Below the pieces are notes generated by a model. It did no database searches. It saw only the letters and a list, made by a program, of their open reading frames with translations, and had not been told where the DNA came from. Below, one piece after another: positions 35,418 through 47,699 of a stretch of DNA of 64,000 nucleotides. The stretch spans positions 115,446,001-115,510,000 of the forward strand of contig CM059432.1 of NCBI GenBank assembly GCA_030390025.1. Direction: 5' to 3'. Position 1 is the first letter of the stretch. Every line of letters begins with the position of its first letter. The position numbers and the translations under genes are program-made. The stretch is from Squalus acanthias. Lineage: Eukaryota.

Positions 35418-37058
35418 GGGGGGAATTTTTCGGGGGATCGGGTGGGAAAAACCTTTTTTGACAGCAGGCCGGGAACCCGCTGGCAACCCGCCACCACGCG
35501 ACTTTCCCAGATGTCGGGTCGGGGCTGAACAGACCCAACGTGCGTGCTGTGAGTAAGGATGTGGAGGGAGTCATGGGAGAGCCTGGGTGCAGGTGTGCAC
35601 CTCTGTGCAATTCTTGTCAGTGTTTGCAGCACCTCAACGCTGTAGAACACTGACAGCACAACTGTCAAAATCAATTTGCACATGGTCCCTTTGTTCAGAT
35701 TAGCCACTTTGTTGATATTAGCTTATCTCTAGTCTTTCAAATAATCAGGATTGACTGCAAACCAATATGGTGGGTATATTGTGTTTAATCAGAGTTTAAG
35801 CTGGAATATAACATGCCAGTTATACAGCAAAAACATACGACCGTGACAAGCAGCTGGTACCGGTCCCGATCGGACAGACGGCATGCGTGCGTGAACAGTT
35901 CTCTGGCTTGCGGCCTCTCTTCCTCTCGTCTAGAACCTTCGAGTTGGTGAGCATGGGATCATTCTCGAAAGAGCATTCGACCAGCCCAACTTCTGCTTGG
36001 CTCTTCCCTTCACCATCTGTGTGGGCAAGCCCTCAGGGTGTTACTTTTATTCTCTTTTTAGGGGTGGACCTGAGGCCAAATTATTGACAAGACCAGTTAA
36101 CCTATAGAGATTCCCCCAAAACCTTAGTACCCAATGGGGCGTCGAGTTCTTTGTCTCAATTCTTGGATGAAAGCCCTCCCCTAAAGGGGTCTCATGATCT
36201 CAGCCAGTTTGTCTTATTGTTTAATCTTTCTGAAGGTTCTTCCTTTGGAATTCGTGTCTTATCTCCCTGGTTCCTATCCTCCCTGGTACAATAGGTACTA
36301 GGCCTGGCCTTGTACCCTCTCAATCATGAGGCCCAAGCCAGAGCTGTCCCATTTCAGCCAGTCGTCATCTCACTTTCATATAACAAACTGCTCTATCCTG
36401 AGATGGATACCTTAACTCCCCTAAATTCCTTTTATTCTATGTCTTTCTATACTAATTAACTTTTAATTATCTTCAGAAGCAGTTTTGTTCAGCTAACTCC
36501 AATTCCTACCTTAGCATTATATCATGGTTATTAGTAATAATAGAAGAAACGTAGGCATTGGGTCTTAGTTGGTCCAATTAGAGATACATAAACAAAGCTG
36601 AAGTCCTAACTTGAAAACAGCAGATAGTTAACTTGGAAACAAGATTACATATGACCGTCACACTGCAGAATGCTATAACATCCGCAGGGAACCAAAACAC
36701 AAGCAGATTCTAAGCATCTATCTAGTTATTCTAATACTAGTCTGAAGAGACTTGTTGTTTCCAGTTCTAATACCATCATGGAAACACAGCATTATTCACA
36801 TTACAATTTTATTCGCATAACCATATACATTTTGGACACCCCTGATTTCTAACACCTTTAAGGAAACTGGCTGATGACGTGTCATCAAATGATGTTACCA
36901 GATCCGCTTCCTTCAATTGGCCGGCAAACGCGCTGGGCGGACTTAACAAGCCCAATCAACATTAAATCATTCTACAGAGCGGGCTGGAGCCAGCAACGGG
37001 ATCAGGACCCGCCACCGATGTCGCCCGCCACGGACCCGAGGGAGGGGAAATCACAGCC
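35418..37058 (-). mobile_element. Short Harbinger derivative (left end and Myb 5' region), split by a solo LTR
   Basis: 35540-35691 plus 36855-37050 is the reverse complement of 12830-13140; ends GGGGGGAATTTT / GAAATCACAGCC. Confidence 0.75.
35692..36854. mobile_element. 1163-bp solo LTR
   Basis: TGTT...AACA termini; perfect 4-bp TSD CCTT (35688-35691/36855-36858). Excision restores GGTCCCTTTAAGG exactly as in the reverse complement of 13015-13027. Confidence 0.8.
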
Positions 37059-37131
37059 TACATGTTCCTTTTACTATTCTTACTTGTGTAGATTATGCTG
37101 TACCAATATAGCACTGTGGTATATTTTCAAG

Positions 37132-37600
37132 ATGTGGAGATGCCGGCGTTGGACTGGGGTGGACAAAAATGAGAAGTCGCACAACACCAGGTTATAGTCC
37201 AACAGATTTATTTAATTTTACAAGCTTTCGGAGCTGTTCGCTCCTTCCTCAGGTAGGTTAGCAGTGAGAGAATCTCCCAGAATTCACAATTTAAACACAG
37301 ACAAAATCTATTCAAATCTTTCCCTACATCAAAGACACACTAAGAGCACAGCCAAGACAATGAGATGTGTCCCAGGGGGTCCAACGTGTCAAACCACCTG
37401 CTGGCTGCATATCCTGTCAATTTGTGTTGGTTCTTGTGTTAGTCTTTTTAAAAAAAAAAAAAAACACCTGGGAAGACCGGCCATGATGTCAAGTCACGTT
37501 CTGTATCGTGACATGAACCCGATATCGCGATTGAGGCCATCCTCATGAGTGCGGAACTTGGCTATCAGTTTCTGCTCTATGATTTTGCGCTGTCGTGTAT
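37132..37600 (-). mobile_element. Penelope-like 3' fragment (pLTR) with hammerhead at 37218-37256
   Basis: Near-identical to the reverse complement of 25288-25750, including the terminal tail. Confidence 0.9.
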
Positions 37601-38877
37601 AAAAGAATGGGAATTGCCAATGTAAAAAATGCATAGCACATTTTTTTTAAATTTCCAACTGAATCACTTTCAAATCTAAATTCAAAATCAGAATTTTCAT
37701 TGGGAAAATGGAACTGGTTTAAGAGCTGACCTGGGAGTTGATGGCAAGGCAGTTCTGATTTCCCATTAAGTTCACTCCTGTTTGCAATGTCGACTCATAT
37801 TACACCAGTAACTTTGAATTTCATACAGTTTAGTGAAAAATGACCACAACATTGGAACGACATTTTCAGAAGATGACCAGCTTGGTTGATCCGCAGCAGA
37901 AAACAAGTGTAATGCAATAAGATAATTCAATGTGAATTAAAGGTGCTGCTTAACCATAAAAAGCTAATTGCATTGGTTTTGCCTCAGGAATGTTAGTTCT
38001 GCGATACATCCACTTTGATTATCGTGTTCAGCAATTTACCTTTTGTGTAGTTTTGATGGACCAAGAGTGAAGATTGTTAATGTAAAATGTATCATTGTCA
38101 GCATTAAAGAGTTTAATATGAAATTTTTCACAGTGAGTGGAAGCATTCAGAAGATGTATCTGAATCCTATATTTCAAAGGCCATTAATCATCTTGCAAAT
38201 TCACAGAACCAATTCATGATTATCCTCACACATTCCGTCACCCACATAAACCCAGGTAATTTTCCTGGCGCATCTCCAGCGGCCCGTACTGGTTATGTGC
38301 AGTTTACTTAGGTCACAACGTTAATAGGACTGGTACTCCAATCTTTAAGTTAACTTAACAGGTAGATTTCAAGCTACCAAATCCAACATTTTTGGATTTA
38401 GAAGAAATAAGAGCAGGAAATAAATGTACAAATTAATGTAATATTTTCACTCACATTAAGCAGTTTATCAGAAAAAGCTGCAATATATTATGGAATCAGT
38501 TTAATATTCTAGCTATGTTGTAATTTTTTTGCATGCTTAATTTAGTCAACTGACATTTTAAATATAACAATTGCCCGGATTTTGCGGTCAGCTGCGATGG
38601 AATCTCGCTCGCCGTTCACCTCATTGACAGCTGGCCACAGACTTTTCGTGGGCTTATCAGCAGAGATTGCCATTAAGCGGGCGTCTTTTCCAGCGTGCCG
38701 CCCTCTACAGGAGATCTGTGACATGTCTGAGCAGGCCAAGTAACAGCGAGGCTCTTCAACCAATCAGATTGAAGAATCCTCATTGAGACACGCTGGCCAG
38801 AATTTTCCATACCTGGGCAGGTCGGGTGCGGGTGGTCGCTTTGGCGGGTCACGACTCCGTTCCTCCAATGCCACTCC

Positions 38878-39685
38878 TGTAGCTTCCAAAAGCTCTTATA
38901 ATAATTTGTCCGTGACTACACAAACCACTCTGGGTACAGGTATATTGTGTATCAGTAAAACAGGTTTATTAAGCATTAAACATCCAGTACAAAGAAGTAA
39001 TACTTAACAAGAAGATAGTCACAGTCTTGTTCGTTTGAGCCTCGGCGTTCCTTCCGAGTGACTGTGGCGCGGTCTCTTTCTTCTCTTGCTGTTTTCTCTC
39101 GACTGAAGCTTGCTTCTCTGGTTTCTTGCTGTGTTCTGTCGACTGAAGATTCTTCAACTCTGGTTTGCGCTGCCTTCAGTGTTCAAAATCCATATCTTTA
39201 TACACCTTTTTTCCCTCTTCCTATGTGACTTCAAACAGCTATCCGACACCTGGAACTTGTTTTATGACCTTGTTGATCTCACTAGGTCTCGCTTTGTGCA
39301 TATCAAAGGGCCCTTTTAACTTTAGATATTCTCTTTCCAAAAACCATTTCCCAAGATGTTGTCTAAACAATCTGTCCATTTTATGGTGTTATCACTGAGG
39401 GGTGCTTCTCTTATCTCTCTCTCTTCTCCAACTCTTATCTCTTTTCTATCACATTACTGAATACCACCTCCCTGATAGTCTCCATAAACATAGCAGTACA
39501 TTCCATTACTTCAGTAATTGCAAACAGAGCCAGTTTCAGTCAGGTTAGCACAATTTCCCATCCTGCTTTTCTCTCAGCCATTCGCCATTTTATACAGGCT
39601 TTTTTAGGCTTTTAACATACAATTTCACATATTATAGTTATACAAAAATGTTTTACTAAATCATACAAATGCACCCTATCCTACA
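38878..39685 (-). mobile_element. Probable solo LTR inside the Harbinger left end
   Basis: TGTAG...CTACA inverted termini; minus-strand AATAAA near 38965; AT-rich block interrupting GC-rich subterminal sequence. No clean TSD. Confidence 0.5.
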
Positions 39686-39897
39686 AATCTCAGAGTGACT
39701 TTGCTTTAATGGGGTCTATTAAGGCCGCCCTGCGCGTTACCCGGCCCAATTAAATGGTGCGGGTCTGATGACGTCATCTATGACGCGTTTTCAGCTGGGA
39801 TATTTAAAGGAGCCGTGGCCACGTTGCATTTGAAGGTTTATCTGGGAGTGTGCAGGCAGCACACAGCACAATTGGACTGCTGGAAAGAGTGCCAAAT

Positions 39898-41756
39898 ATG
39901 ACTGCACAGAGGCAGAGAGCTGCACCCAGGTTCTCCGATGACTCCCTCCATATGCTTGTGGAGGGAGTGAGAGCATGCAGGGAGGTCATCTTCCCTTCAA
40001 ATGGGCGCAAGAGACCTCCCCAAGAGACCAAAAGAGCCTGGTTCCAAATAGCAGAGGAGGTCAACAGTAGGGATGTGGTCAGGAGGACCTGGGTGCAGTG
40101 CCAGAAACGTTTCAATGATCTCATTAGAACAGAAAAGGTGAGTACAAAGCCACACCCAACTTCATCCTGCTGTGCCTCTCATCACATCCCCATCACTCTG
40201 CCTTCCTAACCCTACTCCTGCACATCCTTACTCACACCAACATACCTTGCACGTCCACCCATCCCTCTCTATCTACATTATCACATCCCCATCTCACTAG
40301 CCACCCCTCAATTCACCCTCATCCTAATGCAATCATACCAACTAACAACACACAAGGAGGTCACTTGGCTTTGGCACCCCACTCCATCATAGTCTCCCTC
40401 TAAAGATGTAGCTCATCCATTCGTTACACTCATTCTATCACTCTCACTCAACCTTCTCTTCTTTCCCTTCTTGCAGGAAAAGAGAGCCCACAATAAGAGG
40501 GAGAGGGAGAGAACCAGAGGTGGAAAGCCATCATTGGCCACCCTAACATCAGCAGAGGAGGCTGCCTTGGAAGTTTCTGGAGTCGCCGAGCAGCTGAAGG
40601 TGGGAGACGGAGAAAGGGGGACATCTCAGCAACCTGGTGACAGAATTACATATCATACAGCCACATGGCATACATCAGTCACTCATATGGGAACTGATGT
40701 CATCAGCCACTGAATGGTCATCATGTGCATAATGGTATCTGTACCCATTCTTCATATGGCATTTCTAACTCATCTCTTTACTCCCCCCCCCCCCCCCCAC
40801 TGTCCAGGAGGAAGAGGATGATGACTCCTCAGAGGAGCCTCCAGCCTGAGGGCGCACCGTCACCAGACATAAGCGCACCCAGCACCAGTGCAGAGGCGCA
40901 CTCCTCGGTGGGTGTCACACGAGATAGAGTAGTGTTGTCACTTGGTGTCTCACAACTCACAAGTGAGCAAGAGCAGATGGTGGAGACAGGGACAGCATGG
41001 AGACTCCTTGCCGGAGGGCGCAGGACACTCCCAGCTCTGCTCAGCTGCATCCAGACGCTGAGCCTCGGGGGCCATCCAGAAAGAGGGAGATCCTGGAGGT
41101 GCAGGAACAAGTGCAGGAGGCTTTGACAGGTTTTGCAAGCGCGATGTCGGCAAATGTGCAGAGATGGAGGAGTTCATCTCCAACATGAGCACTACCATGT
41201 CACAGGCGATGGCGACTGTTGGCTCTTCCATGGCTAGGCTGGCCAGCTGCATGGAGCAGCTAATGCGCCACTCACAGGAGCACATGGTCTCTATGGAGAA
41301 TAGATGGCTATCTATGGAGAATAGATGGCAGAAGCTCATCGACCTCCTCTCTAGGAGGGATGTCAGCGTAGACGTGGGTCCTCATGGCCCCACTAATGTG
41401 CAGCGAAGTGCTCTCCAGCTCCTTGCTAGCAGGGAAGTGCGGGTGGCCCATGAGAGGAATGATGGTAAGAGGGGACATGGTAGTGGGGGCTCCTCTCAAA
41501 GCGCTCACACTTCTCCCTCATTGCCTCCCCCTCAGTCAGAGCCTCTCGGATCGCGATGGCCGAGTCTGCCCCTGCGCAGTCACAGGAGGAGCAGACTTTG
41601 GTGGGGCCATCAGAGGCTCCAAAACCCAGAGGACGTCTGCCAAAAGCATCTAAGCAGTCGCAGCAGGGAAGTGAGCAGGCTGCCTTTTGCTCTGCTGAAG
41701 TCACAGGGGTAGCACCTCGTAGAAGCACACGTAAGAGAAAAATTAAACACAAGTAG
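39898..41756 (+). pseudogene. Spliced Myb/SANT-like DNA-binding gene of Harbinger (exon 1 39898-40137, exon 2 40477-40636, frameshifted exon 3 ~40808-41756)
   Basis: MTAQRQRAAPRFSDDSLHMLVEGV...AWFQIAEEVNS...RRTWVQCQKRFNDL; donor AAG|GTGAGT, acceptor TTGCAG|GAA in phase 0; second donor G|GTGACA; basic C-terminus RRSTRKRKIKHK*. Confidence 0.85.
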
Positions 41757-42204
41757 ATGCACAAGGGTAGCCACTTGGATGTTTTATTAAATGATTTGGT
41801 AAAATTTCCGGTATTGTAATGTCACACATAATTTTTTTTATTTTCACCACTTTCTGGTCATGGACAAATTTGTGTGCACCTTTGGAAGTGGCTTCGTGAG
41901 TTGGAGTGAATGGTGGGCGGTATCTTTAGAAAAGTTGGAGAATTAGCACCAGGTGGTAATGCTTTAGACTGCACGCAAAATTCATTCTCTCTGCGCAAAG
42001 AAATGATTGGGGCACCAAATCAAGTCTTAAAGGCCTAGCTCAGTGGTGTTACACTCAAAGGGTGGACCAATATCAGGTGCAGTCTAATCTCAACTCACCA
42101 TTGCCACAGGTTTTTCCCAGTACTTAAAGGGGAGGTTCATTGATGCTGCAGCACCTCATTCTCAGCATTGCTGGCTGTGCAGCTGCCTCAGCAAGGAGAA
42201 GCAC

Positions 42205-42280
42205 AACAAGGAAGTTAGATATAACACTCACAACTAAGGGGATCAAGGGGTATGGCGAGAAAGCAGGAATGGGGTACTGG
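42205..42280 (+). mobile_element. Tiny CR1 3' fragment within the Harbinger
   Basis: KLD....KGIKGYGEKAG motif. Confidence 0.55.
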
Positions 42281-42668
42281 ACTGAAGCAGGTGTGCTCAT
42301 GGCACATCCACCTCAGTCAGGTGGTCAGGGTGATTGAATGCTTCAACAAATGCTACATACCACCATTTGTACCACAAGCTTCACACACTGCCCAAAGCAC
42401 TAGACCCCCAGCACTCATGCACCAACAATCTCTACCTACCAACACTCACACCCACATCTCACACCTTGCACACAATGACAGCTATTCAACTATGGCAGGC
42501 ACAAGGGTAATTGCTGGCGCTAACAGGAGGCGTTAACCAACTGAATTTTTCCCCCAGTGTTACCTCCAGCAATGGTGGTCAGTGTGAAAGGAATGGATTG
42601 GTCATTGTAGGGATGCTTTATGGTGTTGCTGTGGGGTGGTGGGAACCATATGGGTGTAATGCCTGAAG

Positions 42669-43660
42669 TTAAGTAAATCTGGCAATGATGAGCCCATCCC
42701 GGGCAGCAATGTGCTCGGGTGCTGGTGGGATCTGGACCAGAGCTTCCTCCTCCTCCGAAGATGCTGTGTGCTCAGTGCCTTGCTCCTCATGCAGCGCTAA
42801 TCCTTGCTGCCGCGCTATGTTGTGCAGGGCGCTGCAGACCACGACGATTCTGGAGACCCTGGCTGGTGCATACTGAAGGGCTCGTCCAGATCTATCAAGG
42901 TATCTGAAGAGCATTTTCAGCATTCCTATTGTCTGGTCTATGACACATCTGGTGGAAATGTGGCTTTCATTATATCTCTTCTGGGCCTCAGTACTTGGCC
43001 TCCTCAAGGGTGTCATGAGCCACATCTTCAGTGGATAGCCCTTGTCTCCAAACAGCCAGCCATAAATTCTGTTTGGACTAGTGAAGAGCTGAGGGAGGGT
43101 GGACTGACAAAGAACGAAAGAGACATGACAGCTGCCAGGGAATTTGGCGCACACATGCATGATGATCTTCCTATGGTTGCAGACGAGCTGCACATTGAGG
43201 GAGTGGAAGCCCTTGCGGTTGACAAAGACTCCTGGGTGATGATGGGGTGCCCTGCTGGCCACATGTGTGCAGTCGATGACGCCCTGCACCCGGGGGAAGC
43301 CAGCCAGAGTGGCAAAGCCGAACGCCCTCTCAGTAACACTGGCCTCTTCAGTGGCAAAGTTGATATAATTGGTTGACTTGTCAAAGAGGCCATCGGTGCC
43401 CTGTGTGATGCATCTGTGGGTGGCTGACTGCGAGATGCCTCAAATGTCTGCTGCAGACGCCTGGAAGGAGCCTGAGGCGAAGAAGTTGAGGGCGCTGGTG
43501 ACTTTGACAGCCACTGGCAAGGCGTGTCCACCCGCTCCTCTGGGCTGCAGGTCTTGCTCCAGCAACGTACAAATGTCTGCGACGACCTGGCGTGATAGCC
43601 TGAACCTCCTTTGGCACTGTTGCTCAGTCATGTTGAGGAAGTTTATCCTCTGCCTGTATA
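42669..43660 (-). pseudogene. Harbinger DDE transposase (HARBI1-like / DDE_Tnp_4), inactivated
   Basis: One reading frame from [10 protein letters not shown] through [39 protein letters not shown] and LHN, with a single TGA at 43440-43442. The conserved HD reads HV and the conserved IE reads ID; the native start is missing. Confidence 0.9.
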
Positions 43661-45254
43661 GATTAAAAAGATTTTTAAGGATCTGACAAGTACCTAATAA
43701 TTATTTAAATTAGCTCTCCTGCCTCTGCCGTTCGGGTCGCTGCCGCGCCAGCAAACACGTCCGAGGGAAAGGTGCGTGGAGGCGGGATGACAGCGGGTTC
43801 CTGACTCGCTGCAAGATTTTTCAAATTTCCCATGCGACCCGCCTCCAATCGAGTCCGCACAGACCCCAGAAAATTCCAGCCACAGAGTCCAAACTAGGAA
43901 ATAAAAAGCAGGAAATATAAACTAGATTTAAATAATATACAGAAAGTAAAATAAATATTGGGAAATACTGATGGGATTAAGGGAGAGAGATAAAAGAGAC
44001 AGACAGAAAAAGTAAAAAGAAGTTATTTTAATTTTAATTATTTTCTAAATCTCCAACACTAATTTTCTTCTGAGGCAATGAGACTCCACAATTGTAAAAT
44101 CATTTTTTCAGGGCCAGAGAGGTTGTTCAGCAGTAATTATCACCTATCATGCTGTTAAAAACTCAATTATTCCTGAATGCACCAGCCCTAAATTTTTCAG
44201 CTGTTTTTAGTGGGGAACTAGTGGGCAAGTACAGCAAGTTCACGCCGTTGCATTCATTTCAATGCTGAGTCTATCGGTGAGGACTGCAATAGCGCACCCT
44301 GTGGAGGAGCAGGGTATCTCTGACAGCAACTTCTGGATTTCCACGTTTAACTGCGCATGTGCGTACTCCAGAAGTTGTTGTCAGATTTTCTCCACAATAA
44401 CATTGAGCGCTGATAGCCTCACAATTATTCTCATCGTAAATTCCGGGCCATTCAATAGATTGTTGCACAGGAATCATCCACTTTAGTTTGACTGTAAATG
44501 CAATGATATACATGTGACTTTTTCCAATCATGGATCAACATGCTATTCATTAAAGTATGAACCTAATATTTGTTTCATTTATTTTGCAACTTTAGTGATA
44601 TGGCTTTAATTTTCTGGATAGTTTTGATTGTTTAATTGATTCTGTGTTCAATCCATGGGTATCGCTATCATTTATATAGATTTTGGGCACTTCAGTCCAT
44701 ATGCGATGCAAGTGGTCAGTGGCGCTGAACCTAAGTAGAATATCTAGCGTAACATGGTTTTCAGATCTGCCTTATGTATAGCGGTATAGCATATCACTCC
44801 TCAAAAGAAAGGATAGGTCCATTTGACATGATGTTGGAAAAAGGTTTGACTACTTTTCACCAGTTTTTTGATCCTGTCTAAAAATTGTCTGCAACTGTTA
44901 TGACTTCTACCTCTGGTGAGCTGGTGACACTGTTTGGTTCGCATTTAGTCTTAGCATTGAGGTACACTTGCATGGAATGTTAGGTCTGATCTTTTTCCAC
45001 CTATTTCAACTTTTTAGCCAATGCTGCAGCACATCTTTCATTAAATTAGGATTGAGAACCAATGCCCATATCCAACTTCTTGGATGAGATCTGGTTGTAC
45101 TGCAGTGACTAGATATCATCGGCTTTGTCTGATGGTCCAATGCAGCTAATGCCTGTTTGAGCCTATTTTTAAATTATCCCAATCATATGGCCAAACATAC
45201 ACTTTGTATTCTTTTCAAGATTCCAATGAAGTGCAAGCAGCTTTTTTTTATATT

Positions 45255-45630
45255 TATTCACGGGATCACCAGCAAGGCCACCATTTATTGCCCATCCCTA
45301 ATTGCCCTTCAGAAGGTGGTGGTGAGCCACATTCTTGAATACAACTGAGTGGCTTGCTAGGCCATTTCAGAGGGCAGTTAAGAGTCAACCACATTGCTGT
45401 GGGTCTGGAGTCATGGATAGGCCAGACTGGGTAAGGATGGCAAATTTCCTAAAGGACATTAGTGAACCAGATGAGTTTTTACAACAATCTAATAGTCACC
45501 ATTATTGATACTAGCTTTTTTATTCTATATTTTATTTAATTGAATTATAAATTCCCCAGTTGCCATGGTGGGATTTGAACTCATGTCACCAGATCATTAA
45601 TCCAGGCTCTGGATTACTAGCTCAGTAAGA
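45255..45630 (-). mobile_element. SINE-like repeat with B-box head
   Basis: Minus GAGTTCAAATCCCACCATGGCA; homologous head fragment at 45933-46017 on the plus strand. Confidence 0.6.
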
Positions 45631-45932
45631 CAACTATAGTGGCTGCACTGGTGCTTCTTTCAGGTGATCTATAGGGTCAGTTAGTGCTACACTTCAGTGG
45701 GCCTTACTTGTTGAAGTTTGAATCAGCTGGGTAAGACCACCAGAGCAAGGTTATGATTTGTTTTGTTGCTGTTTAGCCAATCTTCATGGTGATAACTAAA
45801 ATCAAAGATCTGTAGAATGGTCCACCTGTGGGTAGATGATTGAATTGTCAGTTATATCTAGTGGCGAAAAATCAGCAACTGATGGTCTATGGTAACCTTT
45901 TCAAGATATGGTTACAAGGATTTCAAGAGTTA

Positions 45933-46017
45933 CATGAGTTCAAATCCCACCACGGCAGCTGGGGAATTTAAATTCAATTAAATAAAATCTGGAATAAAAA
46001 AGCTAGTATCAGTAATG
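45933..46017 (+). mobile_element. Head fragment of the same SINE-like family, abutting a CR1
   Basis: Inverted copy of ~45500-45585. Confidence 0.6.
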
Positions 46018-47332
46018 ATGTGATAACAGGGCACTTAGAAAATAATAATAGGCTTGGGCAGAGTCAACATGAATTTATGAAAGGGAAATCGTGTTTGACG
46101 AATCTGTTAGAGTACTTTGAGGTTGTAACTAGCAGAATAGATAAGGAGGAACCAGTGGATGTGGTGTATTTGGATTTTCAGAAGGCATTCGATAAGGTGC
46201 CACACAAGAGGTTATTAAACAAAATTAGGGCTCATGGGATTGGGGGTAATATACTAGCATGGATTGAGGATTGGTTAACGGATAGAAAACAGAGAGTAGG
46301 AATAAATGGGTCAATTTCGGGTTGGCAGGCTGTAACTAGTGGGGTACCGCAAGGATCAGTGCTTGGGCCTCAGCTACTCACAATCTATATCAATGATTTG
46401 GATGCAGGGACCAAATGTAATATATCCAAGTTTGCTGATGATACAAAGCTGGATGGGAATGTAAGTTGTGAGGAGGATGCAAGGAGGCTTCAAGGGGATA
46501 TAGACAGGCTAAGTGAATGGGCAAGAACATGGCAAATGGAATATAATGTGGAGAAATGTGAAGTTGTCCACTTTGGTAGGAAAAACAGAAAAACAGAGTA
46601 TTTTTTAAATGGTGAGAGATTGGGAAATGTTGGTGTTCAGAGGGACCTGGGTGTCCTTGTACACGAATCACTGAAAGTTAACATGCAGGTACAGCAAGCA
46701 ACTAGGAAAGCAAATGGTATGTTGGCCTTTATTACAAGAGGATTTGAGTATAAGAGTAAAGACATTTTACTGCAATTATATAGGGCCCTGGTGAGACCAC
46801 ACCTGGAGTATTGTGTACAGTTTTGGTCTCCTTACCTAAGGAAGGATATACTTGCCATAGAGGGAGTGCAACAAAGGTTCACCAGACTGACTCCTGGGAT
46901 GGGGGAATTGTCCTATGAGGAGAGATTGAGTAGACTAGGCCTATATTCTCTAGAGTTTAGAAGAATGAGAGGTGATCTCATTGAAACATACAAAATTCTT
47001 ACAGGGCTTGACAGGGTAGATGCAAGGAGGATGTTTCCCATGGCTGGGGAGTCTAGAACCAGGGGTCATAGTCTCAGAGTAAGGGGTCAGCCATTTAGGG
47101 CTGAGATGAGGAGAATTTTCTTCATTCAGAGGGTTGTGAATCTTTGGAATTCTCTACCCCAGAGGGCTGTGAAGGCTCAGTCATTGAGTATATTCAAGAC
47201 AGAGATCGATAGATTTTTGAATATTAAGGGAATCAAGGGATATGGGGATAGTGCATGAAAGTGGAGATGAGGTAGAAGATCAGCCATGATCATGTCGAAT
47301 GGCCTACTCCTGCTCCTATTTCTTATGTTCTT
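46018..47332 (+). mobile_element. Young CR1/HER1-type LINE, 5'-truncated, uninterrupted 412-codon RT frame
   Basis: ORF 46020-47258 (YLDFQKAFDKVPH, GVPQGSVLGP, FADD); tail TTCTTATGTTCTT. Confidence 0.95.
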
Positions 47333-47699
47333 AGTAAAAGTACTTTTAACTATGTCCTGAAAAGAATACAAAATGTAGGTTTGGTATAATTTGTATTCTC
47401 ATCTAAAGAACTTCAAAAGTAATTGTAACCGTCTATTACTCACTTGCAATGTAGGGCATCCTGACACAATTTGTGCCATGGTCCTGCCAAAACAAAAATC
47501 ACAGACAAGGACTAATACTCATCTACTCCATTAAGAATGACTCACAGACAGCAAATATGCCAAGATTATCAGCAGTTACAGCAGTTCTGATGACCTGCAT
47601 TTCAAATCATTTTTGTCCACAGCTTGGCCTGAAAGCCATGAGTGTTTGTGCAATGTAATCTAAATATATGATCAAAGGGCATCTCAAGATGGGTTTGGA

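Larger units (their letters stand above)
38795..43881. mobile_element. Decayed autonomous-type PIF/Harbinger transposon (Myb/SANT gene + convergent DDE transposase)
   Basis: TIRs GGCCAGAATTTTC (38795-38807) / GAAAATTCCAGCC (43869-43881); their two mismatches fit CpG decay of GGCCGGAATTTTC. Two convergent genes lie inside. Confidence 0.9.
38572..44449 (+). mobile_element. Harbinger-like MITE family A, split by an autonomous-type Harbinger
   Basis: TIRs TGCCCGGATTTTGCG / CGTAAATTCCGGGCC; CAATCAGATTGAAGAATC...|...CAGAGTC..A.C.AGGAA is contiguous in the 3091 copy. Confidence 0.75.

Noticed and set aside
40783..40798. Long poly-C here and poly-G at ~61954-61970 as G-quadruplex signals
   Set aside because: Simple homopolymers of uncertain length with no supporting context.
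42669..43660. Host HARBI1 gene
   Set aside because: Premature stop, altered conserved acidic residues, and location within TIRs next to its Myb partner.
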